Shown here in pieces: positions 1-9,756 of a stretch of DNA of 64,000 nt (within the stretch, counting starts at the first letter, position 1; each line of letters opens with the position of its first letter). The notes below the pieces were generated by a model. That model was not told where the DNA came from, made no database searches, and saw nothing but the letters and a program-made list of their open reading frames with translations. The stretch is from Candidatus Omnitrophota bacterium (lineage in GTDB: Bacteria; Omnitrophota; Gorgyraeia; JAFGIU01). Position numbers and translations under genes: made by a program. The stretch lies in contig JAFGIU010000057.1 of assembly GCA_016929445.1 (NCBI GenBank), forward strand, positions 3,867-67,866, in the 5' to 3' direction.

Positions 1-3000
1 CACAGAAGCAAAGCCCTCCCCGATCAGTTGCCCCTGAGAATCCAAAACCCCGATTCGAACCGGACCGTAAGGCGCAAGTTCGGGAACCGGAATCCGGCCC
101 TCGAACTGCATCCCGGGCAAAGCACCCGTAAGCGCGATGTCCGCGCGCCGTCCGTCTGAGAAGGTCACAAAGGCGGAAGGCATCGTGTTAAGTGAGCGCT
201 CCGCAAATAAACTCACTTGAGCTTCAAGCCCCGGCACCATGGGATCGGGATTTACGCGCGCGGAGAAATGCATCATCTCGCCGTACTGCATGATCTGATT
301 TACGAGACCGTAGGGCCTCTCGGTGCGCGTCGGCCGCTCCGGGTTGACGATCCACATGGCAGGGCCCGGCATCCAGTGGCTGGGTATCCTGACCCCGGCG
401 CTGAAGAAACGCCCGCTGCCGGAAACCGGCACTTCCAAGCGCTGCCCCTGCGACTCCAGGACCAAACGCGGCATTCTTTCAACCGCTCGCGGAGCTTCCA
501 ACTGGATTTGGACTTCCCCGCCGATCAAACCCGGATCCGGCATCGCAGTGACCATAAAGAAGGCGCCGCCCATCCCATAAGTCCCCAGCGGATCAATCTG
601 ATAGGTGAAGCTTTGGTATTGATTCTTGGAGCTTATCTCCAATAGAGCCGGGCCCACGGGAGTTGTCACATCCGTTTGATAGAAGGCTTCAAATAATTGA
701 TCCTGGCCCGAGACCGGCAGCAGGACATTCATCCCGCCTTCCAAACGCAGCATCATTGCCGGAGGCTCCCGAAGAGCGCGCTGTGTTTCCACCCTAAAGT
801 GAACCGAATCCCCCGGATGCGCGACCGGCGGCTCAGCCAGCAGGCGGAAGAAACCTTGCCCCATGACCTCCGGCTCAGGCAACCGGACCAGAAGCACGAT
901 TTCCTCTGAACTCAAGCCTGCATAGTTACTGGCCTGTACGCGCACCTCCACCACTTCGCCCATGAGACGGAGTTCATCCAGCTCTGCGGCACTGAGAAGT
1001 TTGCGGAACATGAAGCGGCCGCTCGCGTCCGCCGGCAAATCCAGCGGGTTATAGTCAGCGGCCTTCAAACGCACCATGGCTTGGGGTACCGTGATTCCCT
1101 GCAAGATGAATTCCGTTCCTGTCATCTCATAACGTTCGATCACAAGATCCAGCTGATTCAGATTCGCCCGGAGGATTTCAAAGGAAAGCGTCTCAGCTTC
1201 GGACTGTCTGTTTCCGGCCACATCCAACCCATCGCTGACACGGAGAGTGCCCATCCCCGCCGGAATTTCTGCGGATAGAGTCAGCAGTGCATTCAGAAGT
1301 CCATCCGCCAGAGAACCGCTAAGGGCCGGATGCAGCAGCTCTCCACCCGGAAGCTCCACCTCCAGCTTGGGCAACTCGGAAAGACTCTCACTGGCCTGGA
1401 CCAGGATCGAAAAGCTTCCCCCCGCCTCAGGAGAAGGAGGATCCAATTGAGCGGCAAAGCTAGGCGGCACCAAGTCGGTGGCATTGATCAAGAACGATGC
1501 GGGGCCGAGGATTTCCTGGCCCTCATTTCCGGCTTCATCCCTTCCGCTAATCCGCAGCTCTGCAGTTCCCGCAGGAGCATCTGCCGGTAAGTCCAGCGTT
1601 GCGTAAAACACGGAACCCGAGCCCTGCAGCGGAATGGACTCCGTCTCCCCGGTGGAAAGAATCACAAGGAGTTCAGGGGTATTGTTTAACGCGTCCGGCA
1701 CCTCTGAATCCGCTCCGTTAAAGGCCTGCACATTAAAATTGAGCGGTGAGCCCACAAGCGCGGGTTGAGGAGAAATCTCGATGTTGAATACCGGCGCGGT
1801 TTGGTCCGGAGGCAAGACTTCCAGCACTTCGGAAAAGGTGACATTGCCCAAACGGTCCTCTGCAGACAACTGCAGCGTGCTCATCCCCAAAGCCAATCTC
1901 AGTTCAAAGGCAGATCCGTTCAGATCGGCATTGATTCCATTGGCCATAACTCGTTTGAGACCTGAGCCTTCATCCGTGGCTGTCCCCGAAACAATCACTT
2001 CATTCTCCCTGTACTCAAGAGGATTTAGCTCCAAAACCGGAGGCGTGGTCTCCAGACCCACAAGGAGAACCTCCGAATCAGTGCCGAAAGGATCCGTTCC
2101 GATGAGCTCCAACGAACGCAGTCCGGTGTCGAGCGACAAAAAGACTTCAAAATTCCCCGCATCGGTCAAATACGTTTCCCGGTTGATGGTGACAAGAAGA
2201 TCCCCATAACTCAAAGGATCGATTGGACTTTCAATACCGGCGGCTTCATTGCCTTCGAGGTCGGTCGCCGAGATTTGAATGGTCTTCGGAGTGAAGTCCC
2301 CCATTACAACCTCCCCAAGGACCCCGACCGTTCCTTCTCCGTAAACAAGTTCCGTCACTTTCACTTTGGGCTGTTCAATCGCTAAAGGCACAATGCGTTG
2401 ATAGGACCCGTTCTCATAGACTTCGGCGGGAACCCCGTTGATCCATAAACCGCCCACACCCACGTCATCAATGAGCTGGCCGGCCACGTGCACTTCCGGG
2501 CTTCCAAAACTCAGAGACTTCGTTTGCAGCAACGGAGGCGAGTTATCCTCCGGAGCGTTCAATTGTTTAGGACCGATTGAAGTCACATTTCCAAAACCGT
2601 CAATCGCCTCAACCGTATAGGACTCAAGACTGCGGTTCACGGCCAAACGCCGCATAAAGGACCCGTCCTCGTTGAGTTGAGCCGGAATATTGTTGACCCG
2701 GACTTCCTTTAAATAGACGTCATCCGAAGCCTGGCCGCTGATCTCCACAGCGCCTTCACTAAACACAGGCTCCGCCAGCTTCAGCTCAGGAGACACTTTG
2801 TCGGTCAAGACACGCAATGCTTGTGTCTGCTTGCCTGACCGGTCAGTGGCCAATACCTCGATTGATTCCCGACTCGAAGAAGCTTGCCCCTCCCAGACAA
2901 AATGACCGTCCTCATCGACTTCAAGGCTCTGCCCGTCAATCTGCAGGCCTTCAAGGGCCAGATCATCCCACACCCAACCTTCCAACTGGATGCGCGCCCC

Positions 3001-6000
3001 CCCCAAGCGCTTAACATTTGAAACAATAAGCTTTGGAGCCCGGTAGTCCACGCGCGCGGGCACTTGCAACGCGGTCTCCGAAGAACGATTTCCGGATGCA
3101 TCTACAGCCACAAAGCTGACAGCCTGATCTTCAAGTTTTCTCGGCAGAGAAAGGAGGAAATCCCCCTGGGTTCCGGCCTGTGCCAAAACCTCGCCATTAA
3201 CCTCCAAACGGGCCTCCGGCTCTGTGCGCCCCTGGATCATCAAGCGGTCTGCTGTTTCCAGTTTTTCAGCCAGTTCTATCTTCGGAGCAATGCGGTCGGA
3301 AACGCGCAATTCCTTTGTGGTAGCCTTGTTGCCGGCAGCATCCACTGCCCGGACACGAATCATCCTCACGCCCTCTTGCAGCGAAAATGCCTTTTCAAAC
3401 TCTCCCCCTTGACCCAAGGCCAGTTGTTCACTATTAACCGTCAGGATGGGCCGCAGATTAACGGCATCTATGGGCACCACAAACTCACTGGAATTACCCA
3501 ACTGGTCAACGGCACTCACTTTAATTCCGCCCTCCAACGCCTTCTTGGCGGTTATAGCCAAATGCGTCTTCAGAGCTCCGCCCTCTCCAAGTTCAACGGG
3601 CTGGCCGTCCACCCGGACTTCCTGGATTCCGCTGGCGTCCTGCACAATGCCCTTGAGAACAATACTCAATTCATCGCTGACACGGCCCTTGACTTCCACT
3701 GTGTCTCCCACGTAATCCAACGGCTGAACATTGATATTCGGAGGAACCATGTCCTCTGTGCGCACATGAGCCACTTGGATGGCCGGTCCCGCGGAATCGA
3801 CAACAGGCAGTTGTTGTTCGTGGCGGTTTTGCCCGGATGCATCCATAGAAACGAGCGTCAACCCTTCCTCAGCCCAGTCCGGATTCCATGCAAGCCTCAT
3901 GCTGAAACGGCCCCCGGCGTCCGCCAGAATCTTTTCCTCCCCGACTTGAAGAGTGGCGCCGGGCGCAGTGCTGCCTGCAAGCCTCAGATTAAGCCCCGCA
4001 ATTTCCAAAGAGGCCCGGGTATCCTCTAACTCCACAGGTTGAATGGCGGATCTCTGAGCGCTCAACCACTCCGCATCCAACGGCATCTGGACCACAGGAC
4101 TGCGATTTCCGCTGGTGTCCGTAGCCCAGACCTTGAGCTGATCCCACGAAGAGCTGACCTTCAGAACAGCCTCGAATTTCCCGTCCTCCCCGGCCTCCGT
4201 GCGATTGCCATTGATCCACACTGCCTCTAAGTCCACCTTGTCAAAGGCCAAACCGCTGAGCTTCACTTGGTCTCCTGCATAATCCAAGTCGCCCACCTGC
4301 AAAGAAGGAGGCGTAGTATCCTTGAGGGCCGATAAGGCTCTCAAACCTTCCCGATATTTCTCCTGAGCCAGAATCGGCAAACCTTGATTAACCAAAGTCT
4401 GCGCCTCTGCTTGCAGGGCAACCTGAGGCCGGACTTCATACCCGGCAGCTTTCTTTTCCTCGAGCAAAGTCTCAAAACGCTTCACAAGCGCCCCTACATG
4501 AGCCGGCATGGACAGCTTGCCCGCTTCATCACTCAAGGCATTCAAGTCCTTGTCCAGCTTCTCCGGCTTCATGGAAAACGCCATTTTCTTAAGAGCTTCA
4601 AAGCGGTTGCGGAGTTCTCCCAGCTCGTATCCGGCCTCGGCCTTGGTATCAAGAGTCTCTCCAAGCAACGCGATTTTGTACTGTGACTCCGCACTCAATT
4701 TTCGCCTTAAATTGGGCAATGCCGCAACGACATCGTCATAGAGCTGTGCAGCAGGTGATTTAAAACCGCGCTCGTTGTAAACGCGGGCCGTCTTGAGTTG
4801 CTCGGCTACCTCAGCCACGTCATAGCCTTCCCCGCCCATTGCTTTGACCTTTTCGGCCAGCGCCTGAAGATCCCCGGATAGCGTTTCCGAAACCTGTGTT
4901 CGCGCCATATTGGAGCGCTCTTGGGCCTCCAAGAGTAGAGACTCCGCGCGGGTGAGCTCGCCCCGATCCGCGTAGAACACGGCTTTGTTCAGAGAAAACT
5001 GCGCCCCGTCTACCAGATAGCCGCGTTGTTCCTTTTCCATCAGGCTCTGGTCGAACTCTTCAAGACGCTTCTTCAGAGAATCGATCTTGTCCAAACCCTG
5101 CTCATCAAGACTGATTGAGGCCACCTGCCTGTTCAAACGCTGCAGATGATCCCTCATCTCATCCAAATCCTTTTGTTTCCATGATTTTTCCGCCTCGTGC
5201 CAGACCGCAACCGCAGCGCGGGTCTTTTCCGTAGGACCTGCCTTGAGCAATGTGTCAAGCTGCGCCTTTGCTCCTGCCAGCTCTTGCCGCGCAGCCAAGA
5301 ACTCGGGAGTGTAACGTTCCTGCAGTCCTGCCATCTCTTGTTCTGCGCTGGCTAACAGCTTCTTCACCTTTTCAGAATAATTCAGACTCGCGGCCAAGAA
5401 GATTTCCTGCAATGCAGAGTTCAGCGAATCGGTGTTATAGCCTTGGAGTCGCTTTTGATCATAAGCTTCCAAAAATGCGTCCAAGCGCTGTACAAGACCC
5501 GGGTGCAATTCCGTAAATCCCTTTCCGGCAAGTTCCCCGGCAGTTGCTTTGCGGCGCAACGGGGCTTCCTCTCCGCCGATGGTCCACACATTGCCGGCCT
5601 TCAGCGCCACACCGTTCTGACCCTCTGCATCCATGTTGTATGTGCTGCCTTCGAGCAAAATATTGCTGGTTGGTTTCCCTTCGCCACCCGCAACAATAGT
5701 CCCCTCGGTTCCTGTAATGCCCACAATCGCAGTAGAGGAGTGAATTTTAAACTCGCTACCCTTTTCTTGGATTTTGCTGACCTTATAGTGCATACTTCCG
5801 AGATCGAGTTTGAGCTCGCGCCGGCTCGTGCCCGATTCCGAATCAAGGGAATCATCCGCTAAGGTCAAAACACTATTTTCTTTAAGAGTGAGAACTGTCT
5901 GATCTGCATACTCCAGCACCGCTCTGGAGTTCATGAGAGTGCGAACCGTCTCGCCCGCCTGCAAGAGGGTTCCGGATTCCAGAGTTTCCCAAGAGCCGCC

Positions 6001-6417
6001 GCTGACTCTGCGCTGGACCCGGCCTGTTGATTCACGCAAAAGGACCTCTCCTGCCTGAAGCGGAGACAGAGCCATAGCGTCAGGCCCTGCGCTCTGCGAA
6101 GCCATCAGTTCTTGCACAAGCAGGTTTTGTCCGGGTTCGACCATGAGCGTGGATCCGGTCCCGGACTTAAGGACCATCATGGACGCAGGGCTCACATCGA
6201 GCCGGTCCTGAGGACCCACCTGCATGCCCACGGCGCCCTGAACCCAGGATTCATCCCCGGATCTCTGGATGCGCACCTGTCCCTGAATGGAATCAATGGT
6301 GAGGTCCTGGTCTGCCGGGTACACGCGTTCCGGCACAAAACCGAAGACCATCGAGAAGCCGAGGCACAGCGCGATCAGCTTCAAAGCGATCTTTCGTTGG
6401 CGGTGATTGTTTTTCAT
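1..6417 (-). CDS. Giant secreted protein (>2139 aa, runs off the left edge): signal peptide, FecR-like domain, alpha-helical GY repeats, many Ig-like repeats
   Basis: Absent from the ORF track because no stop falls in the window. ATG at 6417 follows GGAG. Hand translation gives MKNNHRQRKIALKLIALCLGFSMVFGF..., a FecR-type segment (VRTLMNSRAVLEYADQTVLTLKENS...FKIHSSTAIVGITGT) and repeated D..PP.L....G...D / V.A.D..GN Ig-like units. The same frame was open in all segments checked down to base 1 (...VRIGVLDSQGQLIGEGFASV). Confidence 0.88.
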   Translation of the reverse strand, partial: MKNNHRQRKIALKLIALCLGFSMVFGFVPERVYPADQDLTIDSIQGQVRIQRSGDESWVQGAVGMQVGPQDRLDVSPASMMVLKSGTGSTLMVEPGQNLLVQELMASQSAGPDAMALSPLQAGEVLLRESTGRVQRRVSGGSWETLESGTLLQAGETVRTLMNSRAVLEYADQTVLTLKENSVLTLADDSLDSESGTSRRELKLDLGSMHYKVSKIQEKGSEFKIHSSTAIVGITGTEGTIVAGGEGKPTSNILLEGSTYNMDAEGQNGVALKAGNVWTIGGEEAPLRRKATAGELAGKGFTELHPGLVQRLDAFLEAYDQKRLQGYNTDSLNSALQEIFLAASLNYSEKVKKLLASAEQEMAGLQERYTPEFLAARQELAGAKAQLDTLLKAGPTEKTRAAVAVWHEAEKSWKQKDLDEMRDHLQRLNRQVASISLDEQGLDKIDSLKKRLEEFDQSLMEKEQRGYLVDGAQFSLNKAVFYADRGELTRAESLLLEAQERSNMARTQVSETLSGDLQALAEKVKAMGGEGYDVAEVAEQLKTARVYNERGFKSPAAQLYDDVVAALPNLRRKLSAESQYKIALLGETLDTKAEAGYELGELRNRFEALKKMAFSMKPEKLDKDLNALSDEAGKLSMPAHVGALVKRFETLLEEKKAAGYEVRPQVALQAEAQTLVNQGLPILAQEKYREGLRALSALKDTTPPSLQVGDLDYAGDQVKLSGLAFDKVDLEAVWINGNRTEAGEDGKFEAVLKVSSSWDQLKVWATDTSGNRSPVVQMPLDAEWLSAQRSAIQPVELEDTRASLEIAGLNLRLAGSTAPGATLQVGEEKILADAGGRFSMRLAWNPDWAEEGLTLVSMDASGQNRHEQQLPVVDSAGPAIQVAHVRTEDMVPPNINVQPLDYVGDTVEVKGRVSDELSIVLKGIVQDASGIQEVRVDGQPVELGEGGALKTHLAITAKKALEGGIKVSAVDQLGNSSEFVVPIDAVNLRPILTVNSEQLALGQGGEFEKAFSLQEGVRMIRVRAVDAAGNKATTKELRVSDRIAPKIELAEKLETADRLMIQGRTEPEARLEVNGEVLAQAGTQGDFLLSLPRKLEDQAVSFVAVDASGNRSSETALQVPARVDYRAPKLIVSNVKRLGGARIQLEGWVWDDLALEGLQIDGQSLEVDEDGHFVWEGQASSSRESIEVLATDRSGKQTQALRVLTDKVSPELKLAEPVFSEGAVEISGQASDDVYLKEVRVNNIPAQLNEDGSFMRRLAVNRSLESYTVEAIDGFGNVTSIGPKQLNAPEDNSPPLLQTKSLSFGSPEVHVAGQLIDDVGVGGLWINGVPAEVYENGSYQRIVPLAIEQPKVKVTELVYGEGTVGVLGEVVMGDFTPKTIQISATDLEGNEAAGIESPIDPLSYGDLLVTINRETYLTDAGNFEVFLSLDTGLRSLELIGTDPFGTDSEVLLVGLETTPPVLELNPLEYRENEVIVSGTATDEGSGLKRVMANGINADLNGSAFELRLALGMSTLQLSAEDRLGNVTFSEVLEVLPPDQTAPVFNIEISPQPALVGSPLNFNVQAFNGADSEVPDALNNTPELLVILSTGETESIPLQGSGSVFYATLDLPADAPAGTAELRISGRDEAGNEGQEILGPASFLINATDLVPPSFAAQLDPPSPEAGGSFSILVQASESLSELPKLEVELPGGELLHPALSGSLADGLLNALLTLSAEIPAGMGTLRVSDGLDVAGNRQSEAETLSFEILRANLNQLDLVIERYEMTGTEFILQGITVPQAMVRLKAADYNPLDLPADASGRFMFRKLLSAAELDELRLMGEVVEVRVQASNYAGLSSEEIVLLVRLPEPEVMGQGFFRLLAEPPVAHPGDSVHFRVETQRALREPPAMMLRLEGGMNVLLPVSGQDQLFEAFYQTDVTTPVGPALLEISSKNQYQSFTYQIDPLGTYGMGGAFFMVTAMPDPGLIGGEVQIQLEAPRAVERMPRLVLESQGQRLEVPVSGSGRFFSAGVRIPSHWMPGPAMWIVNPERPTRTERPYGLVNQIMQYGEMMHFSARVNPDPMVPGLEAQVSLFAERSLNTMPSAFVTFSDGRRADIALTGALPGMQFEGRIPVPELAPYGPVRIGVLDSQGQLIGEGFASV

Positions 6418-6430
6418 TGCGGCTCACTCC

Positions 6431-6463
6431 AAAAAAAGTCCCGCACCTGTTCGGGTGCGGGAC
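6431..6463 (-). terminator. Intrinsic terminator just upstream of the giant gene RBS (probable riboswitch expression platform)
   Basis: Minus strand reads GTCCCGCACC-CGAACA-GGTGCGGGAC-TTTTTTT: a perfect 10-bp stem plus U7, followed directly by the GGAG RBS. Confidence 0.85.
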
Positions 6464-6502
6464 GTGCGCGATTGCGGTCCGAAGACCATCCAAGAATTCC
6501 AA

Positions 6503-6597
6503 TCCTTGGCAGCCCAGCGCCCCCTCTCTCCCCCGGAAAGTCGGGTCTGTGGCTTTGCGTCCCACCCTTAGCGAAGTGGTTTGCCTTTGACAAGATT
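6503..6597 (-). ncRNA. Cyclic di-GMP-I (GEMM-I) riboswitch aptamer
   Basis: Minus strand reads CTTGTCAAAGGCAAACCACTTCGCTAAGGGTGGGACGCAAAGCCACAGACCC...GGGCGCTGGGCTGCCAAG. It has the hallmark GGCAAACC...GGGACGCAAAGCC...GGCTGCC pattern and a CTTG/CAAG P1 stem, and lies in a 5' leader ahead of a terminator. Confidence 0.85.
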
Positions 6598-6649
6598 TGA
6601 TTCTTACCTTCAAAGAACAGATTGAGGACTATGTGTCCTCTGCTATTAG

Positions 6650-6666
6650 AGCAACTCTGATGCCAA
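6650..6666 (-). promoter_or_regulatory. Sigma-54 (-24/-12) promoter of the giant gene
   Basis: Minus strand TTGGCATCAGAGTTGCT has exact GG-N10-GC spacing. The upstream region is AT-rich and a sigma-54 activator gene lies ~0.8 kb away. Confidence 0.8.
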
Positions 6667-6705
6667 CTTAAAAAAAGCTACCTATGTTTCGAAGGCAACT
6701 TACAC

Positions 6706-6882
6706 TAACCCATTTAATATAAAAGGGTTACAAAATTTGTCTTGGGATACGCAAATTCGGCCTTCAGCGGCTCCCCCTGAGATCCTGAGCCACTCATAGC
6801 TCCGTTTTGGAGCCCTGCTTGATACTTCTTTTTGTAACTTATTTATTGATAGAGTGTTACAGTTTGTTTCCATTTGGCAACA
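6706..6882. promoter_or_regulatory. Candidate IHF sites and activator-binding palindrome for the sigma-54 promoter
   Basis: Two TAAC-N17-GTTA AT-rich boxes (about 6706-6730 and 6835-6859) resemble IHF sites. An imperfect palindrome TGTTTCCATTTGGCAACA sits at 6865-6882. Confidence 0.45.
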
Positions 6883-6907
6883 CTTGGCTCCGTTCCGGAA
6901 CCAATCC

Positions 6908-7144
6908 CTAGGCAACCCGGTGCCGGTTCATTCCCTCTTCGAGCCACGCATCCAGCAAATCTTTGCGGAAACGCCATTGGCCACGCAACTTGACGGCCGG
7001 GATATCGGTTTCTTTCAGGAGCCGGTAGATGGTGACCTCATGAACCCCGCAATATCTTGCAACGTCTTTCAGTGTCATCATTTCCGGTCGGGAGTTCTGC
7101 TGGTTTTCTCCCTCGGCAGGGCCATAAATCCGACGAATCATCAC
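6908..7144 (-). CDS. Small excisionase-family (HTH_17) DNA-binding protein
   Basis: MMTLKDVARYCGVHEVTIYRLLKETDIPAVKLRGQWRFRKDLLDAWL matches the typical HTH_17 pattern. Confidence 0.88.
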   Translation of the reverse strand: MMIRRIYGPAEGENQQNSRPEMMTLKDVARYCGVHEVTIYRLLKETDIPAVKLRGQWRFRKDLLDAWLEEGMNRHRVA

Positions 7145-7438
7145 ACCATGCCCCCTTTTATTAAGATAGCTTTTCAGGCAAAAGGTATCATAAATGAGCA
7201 GAAAATCAAGCTAATGCAGATCAATGAGGTACTTTAGGAAGAGTTGTCGCAAGGAGGACAAAGCTGATCAAGGCTGATCAAAAGAGGCCAAATGCCCAAA
7301 GGCAATGCGCCGCCTGCGCAGGAGAAGGCTCAAGGCCGTCAATTCCGGCTGTCTGGCCTCCCCGGCCTTTGGGCCTATGATTGGATCCACACCCAAAGCA
7401 CCCAACACCGAACGCTGTCGCTCGAGCAGCCGGTCTGA

Positions 7439-8968
7439 TCAAGAGTCCGCTTCCGGCCCGCGAAGACCGTAGGCCTCGATCTTCCGGTCCAATCGATTTC
7501 TGGAAACCTGCAGAATTGTCGCCGTCTTGCGCTTGTTCCAACCTGTGGACCGCAACACACGCTCGATATGCCTTCGCTCCATATCCGCCATGGTTTCGCT
7601 CGTCTCCGTGCCCCGGAGCTGCTGCAGCGTATGCGGCAAATCTTTAAGGGTCAGCCGAGGGCCGCTTCCGAGGACCACCGCATGTTCGATGGCATTCCGC
7701 AGCTCCCGGATATTCCCGGGCCAAGAATAGTGCTCCAGCACCCGCACCGCCTCCTCCTCAATGCCCGAAAATGTCTTGCCTACTTCCCCTCCAAACCGTT
7801 GCAAATAATAGGTTACTAACTCCTGGATATCTACCGGCCGCTGCCGCAAAGGCTCCAGTTGAATCTCCACCACCTTGAGGCGGTAGTAGAGGTCCTCCCG
7901 GAACTTGCCTTGGGCAATCGCCGATTCGAGTTCCTCGTTGGTCGCGGCAATGATCCGGGTATCCACTCTCAATGTCTCGGCACTTCCCACACGCTCAAAT
8001 TCCCGCTCCTGCAAAACGCGCAAAAACTTGACCTGAGTCTCTAAAGACATCACTCCGATTTCGTCCAAGAAAACCGTGCCCCCGTCCGCCAATTCGAAAC
8101 GGCCGATACGCTTGCGGTCTGCTCCGGTAAAAGCACCCTTTTCATGACCGAAGAGCTCGCTCTCCAAAAGAGACGCACTCAAGGCGGCACAATTAACACA
8201 GACAAAGGCCTTGGCAGAGCGACGGCTGGTTTGGTGCAAAGCGCGCGCCACCAGTTCCTTGCCGGTGCCGCTCTCCCCCCTGAGAAGAACCGTTGAATCC
8301 GTCGGGCCCACCTTGGCAATCAGATCCCGCAAACCCAGGCTATACGGGCTGCTGCCGACCATCTGGATTTTTTCTTCCAAAGCCTCCCGCAGATAGCGGC
8401 GTTCGCGATCCATGCCTTGCACCAAGATGGCATTTTGAACCGAGACCGCGGCTTGGCTGGAAAAGGCAATCAGCAGATCCAGATCTTCTTGCGTAAACCC
8501 CTCCTCACCTTGGGAATTAACCACTTCGAGCACCCCGAGGATCTTGTCGCGGATTTTTAAGGGAGTGCAGAGAATGGACTCCGTCATAAAGCCCGTGACC
8601 TCGTCCACCTTGGAGTAAAATCGTTTATCCTGCTTTACATCGCTCACCAGCAAGGGCTCCCCGCTCTGGGCCACCCACCCGGCAATGCCCTGGCCCAATT
8701 TGAGCCGGAACCATTCCTTAACCTGTTCCCTCTTCTCCCCCATGGCCACCTTGCAGGTGAGATCCCCTGAGGATTCATCCAAAAGGATGACCGAACCGGC
8801 CTGGGCCCCCACTGCTTTGGTCGCATTATCCAAGATGATTTGCAACAACTCGTCGAGCTGGAGGGTTGAATTCAGTTGAGCGCTGACCTCCAAAAGGGCA
8901 GTCAGGCGTTCGAGCTTTTTCTCGGGTCCGGATGAGCTTGGATTCATGGAAGTTCCTTCTGCCGGCAT
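7439..8968 (-). CDS. GAF-domain sigma-54-dependent transcriptional activator (GAF-AAA+-Fis HTH)
   Basis: N-terminal GAF domain, Walker A GESGTGKE, intact GAFTGA loop, [14 protein letters not shown] and C-terminal HTH. Start moved to ATG 8968, which overlaps the upstream stop (TGATG); 8947 is also possible. Confidence 0.92.
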   Translation of the reverse strand: MPAEGTSMNPSSSGPEKKLERLTALLEVSAQLNSTLQLDELLQIILDNATKAVGAQAGSVILLDESSGDLTCKVAMGEKREQVKEWFRLKLGQGIAGWVAQSGEPLLVSDVKQDKRFYSKVDEVTGFMTESILCTPLKIRDKILGVLEVVNSQGEEGFTQEDLDLLIAFSSQAAVSVQNAILVQGMDRERRYLREALEEKIQMVGSSPYSLGLRDLIAKVGPTDSTVLLRGESGTGKELVARALHQTSRRSAKAFVCVNCAALSASLLESELFGHEKGAFTGADRKRIGRFELADGGTVFLDEIGVMSLETQVKFLRVLQEREFERVGSAETLRVDTRIIAATNEELESAIAQGKFREDLYYRLKVVEIQLEPLRQRPVDIQELVTYYLQRFGGEVGKTFSGIEEEAVRVLEHYSWPGNIRELRNAIEHAVVLGSGPRLTLKDLPHTLQQLRGTETSETMADMERRHIERVLRSTGWNKRKTATILQVSRNRLDRKIEAYGLRGPEADS

Positions 8969-9708
8969 CAAATCGCGAGCAGCAACATCCACATGGCCAC
9001 ACCGATGCAACCGGCAAACGCTAGATTCAGGCAGTAGTCCACCGAGACCCGGAGCTTGGGGAAAGGCAAGCGCAAAAGCCCGGCAAGGAGAATAAGGTAG
9101 AAACATCGATCCGGATAAAGAAAAGATGTGGTGATGAGTGTTCTCTCAAGAATCCCGAAACGCCGGTTCAGATTCTCCAGGGAGCGGTCTTCTGCGCCCT
9201 CCTGGGCTCGATAGAAGCTTGCTTTAAAGAAACTCAAAAAATACGTTCCTGCAAATAAGGAAAAGACATAGGCCGTAATGATCACCATGGCGTGGTTGTC
9301 CAGGTAGAGCTGCACCAGCCATGAACCTGTATTGGATAGGGTGGGTACTTCAGCAACGGGCAGATACCCAAGCGGAGTCAGAAAAATCACAAAGATGGTG
9401 ACCACATGGATGACCTGGTCCAGGAAGAAACCCCAGAATCCGTTGAGCGGGGCCCATCGCGAGTACACGTTGACTTTGGCCCAGTCCTCAACAGTGTGGG
9501 AAATAAGCACAAAGATCATGGCAGCCCAAAACCACCCGTATCCCCAATAGGGCAGGCCCATCAAACACATGGTAAAGGTCACAATGCCGGCGTGGAGGAT
9601 CGTGCCGCGCAGACTTTGAATCTTGAGGCGGTAAATTGTGCCGGTTTGGAGAGGGAAGTCCCCGATCAGGTGTCCGAGCAGAAGTCGACTAAAAAGAAAC
9701 CACTCCAT
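8968..9708 (-). CDS. DUF3307 family membrane protein
   Basis: Motifs LLGHLIGDFPLQ, LHAGI, SHTVEDWAK, LDQVIH and GILER, with multiple TM helices. Confidence 0.85.
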   Translation of the reverse strand: MEWFLFSRLLLGHLIGDFPLQTGTIYRLKIQSLRGTILHAGIVTFTMCLMGLPYWGYGWFWAAMIFVLISHTVEDWAKVNVYSRWAPLNGFWGFFLDQVIHVVTIFVIFLTPLGYLPVAEVPTLSNTGSWLVQLYLDNHAMVIITAYVFSLFAGTYFLSFFKASFYRAQEGAEDRSLENLNRRFGILERTLITTSFLYPDRCFYLILLAGLLRLPFPKLRVSVDYCLNLAFAGCIGVAMWMLLLAI

Positions 9709-9756
9709 AGGCCCCCAGGATGGTTTTTATGGCCTTGCCCCCGTTACATAACCCCA

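Noticed and set aside
2997-3004. C8 homopolymer in the giant gene as a phase-variation switch
   Set aside because: The gene is in frame and a run of 8 is unremarkable in GC-rich DNA; no evidence without read-level data.
217-6613. Many short ORF-track calls over the first 6.6 kb
   Set aside because: They are antisense or off-frame shadows of the single giant minus-strand ORF and the riboswitch leader.
6908-7144. Prophage or integrative element suggested by the excisionase-like gene
   Set aside because: No integrase, att-like repeats, tRNA or phage genes nearby; HTH_17 proteins are often ordinary regulators.
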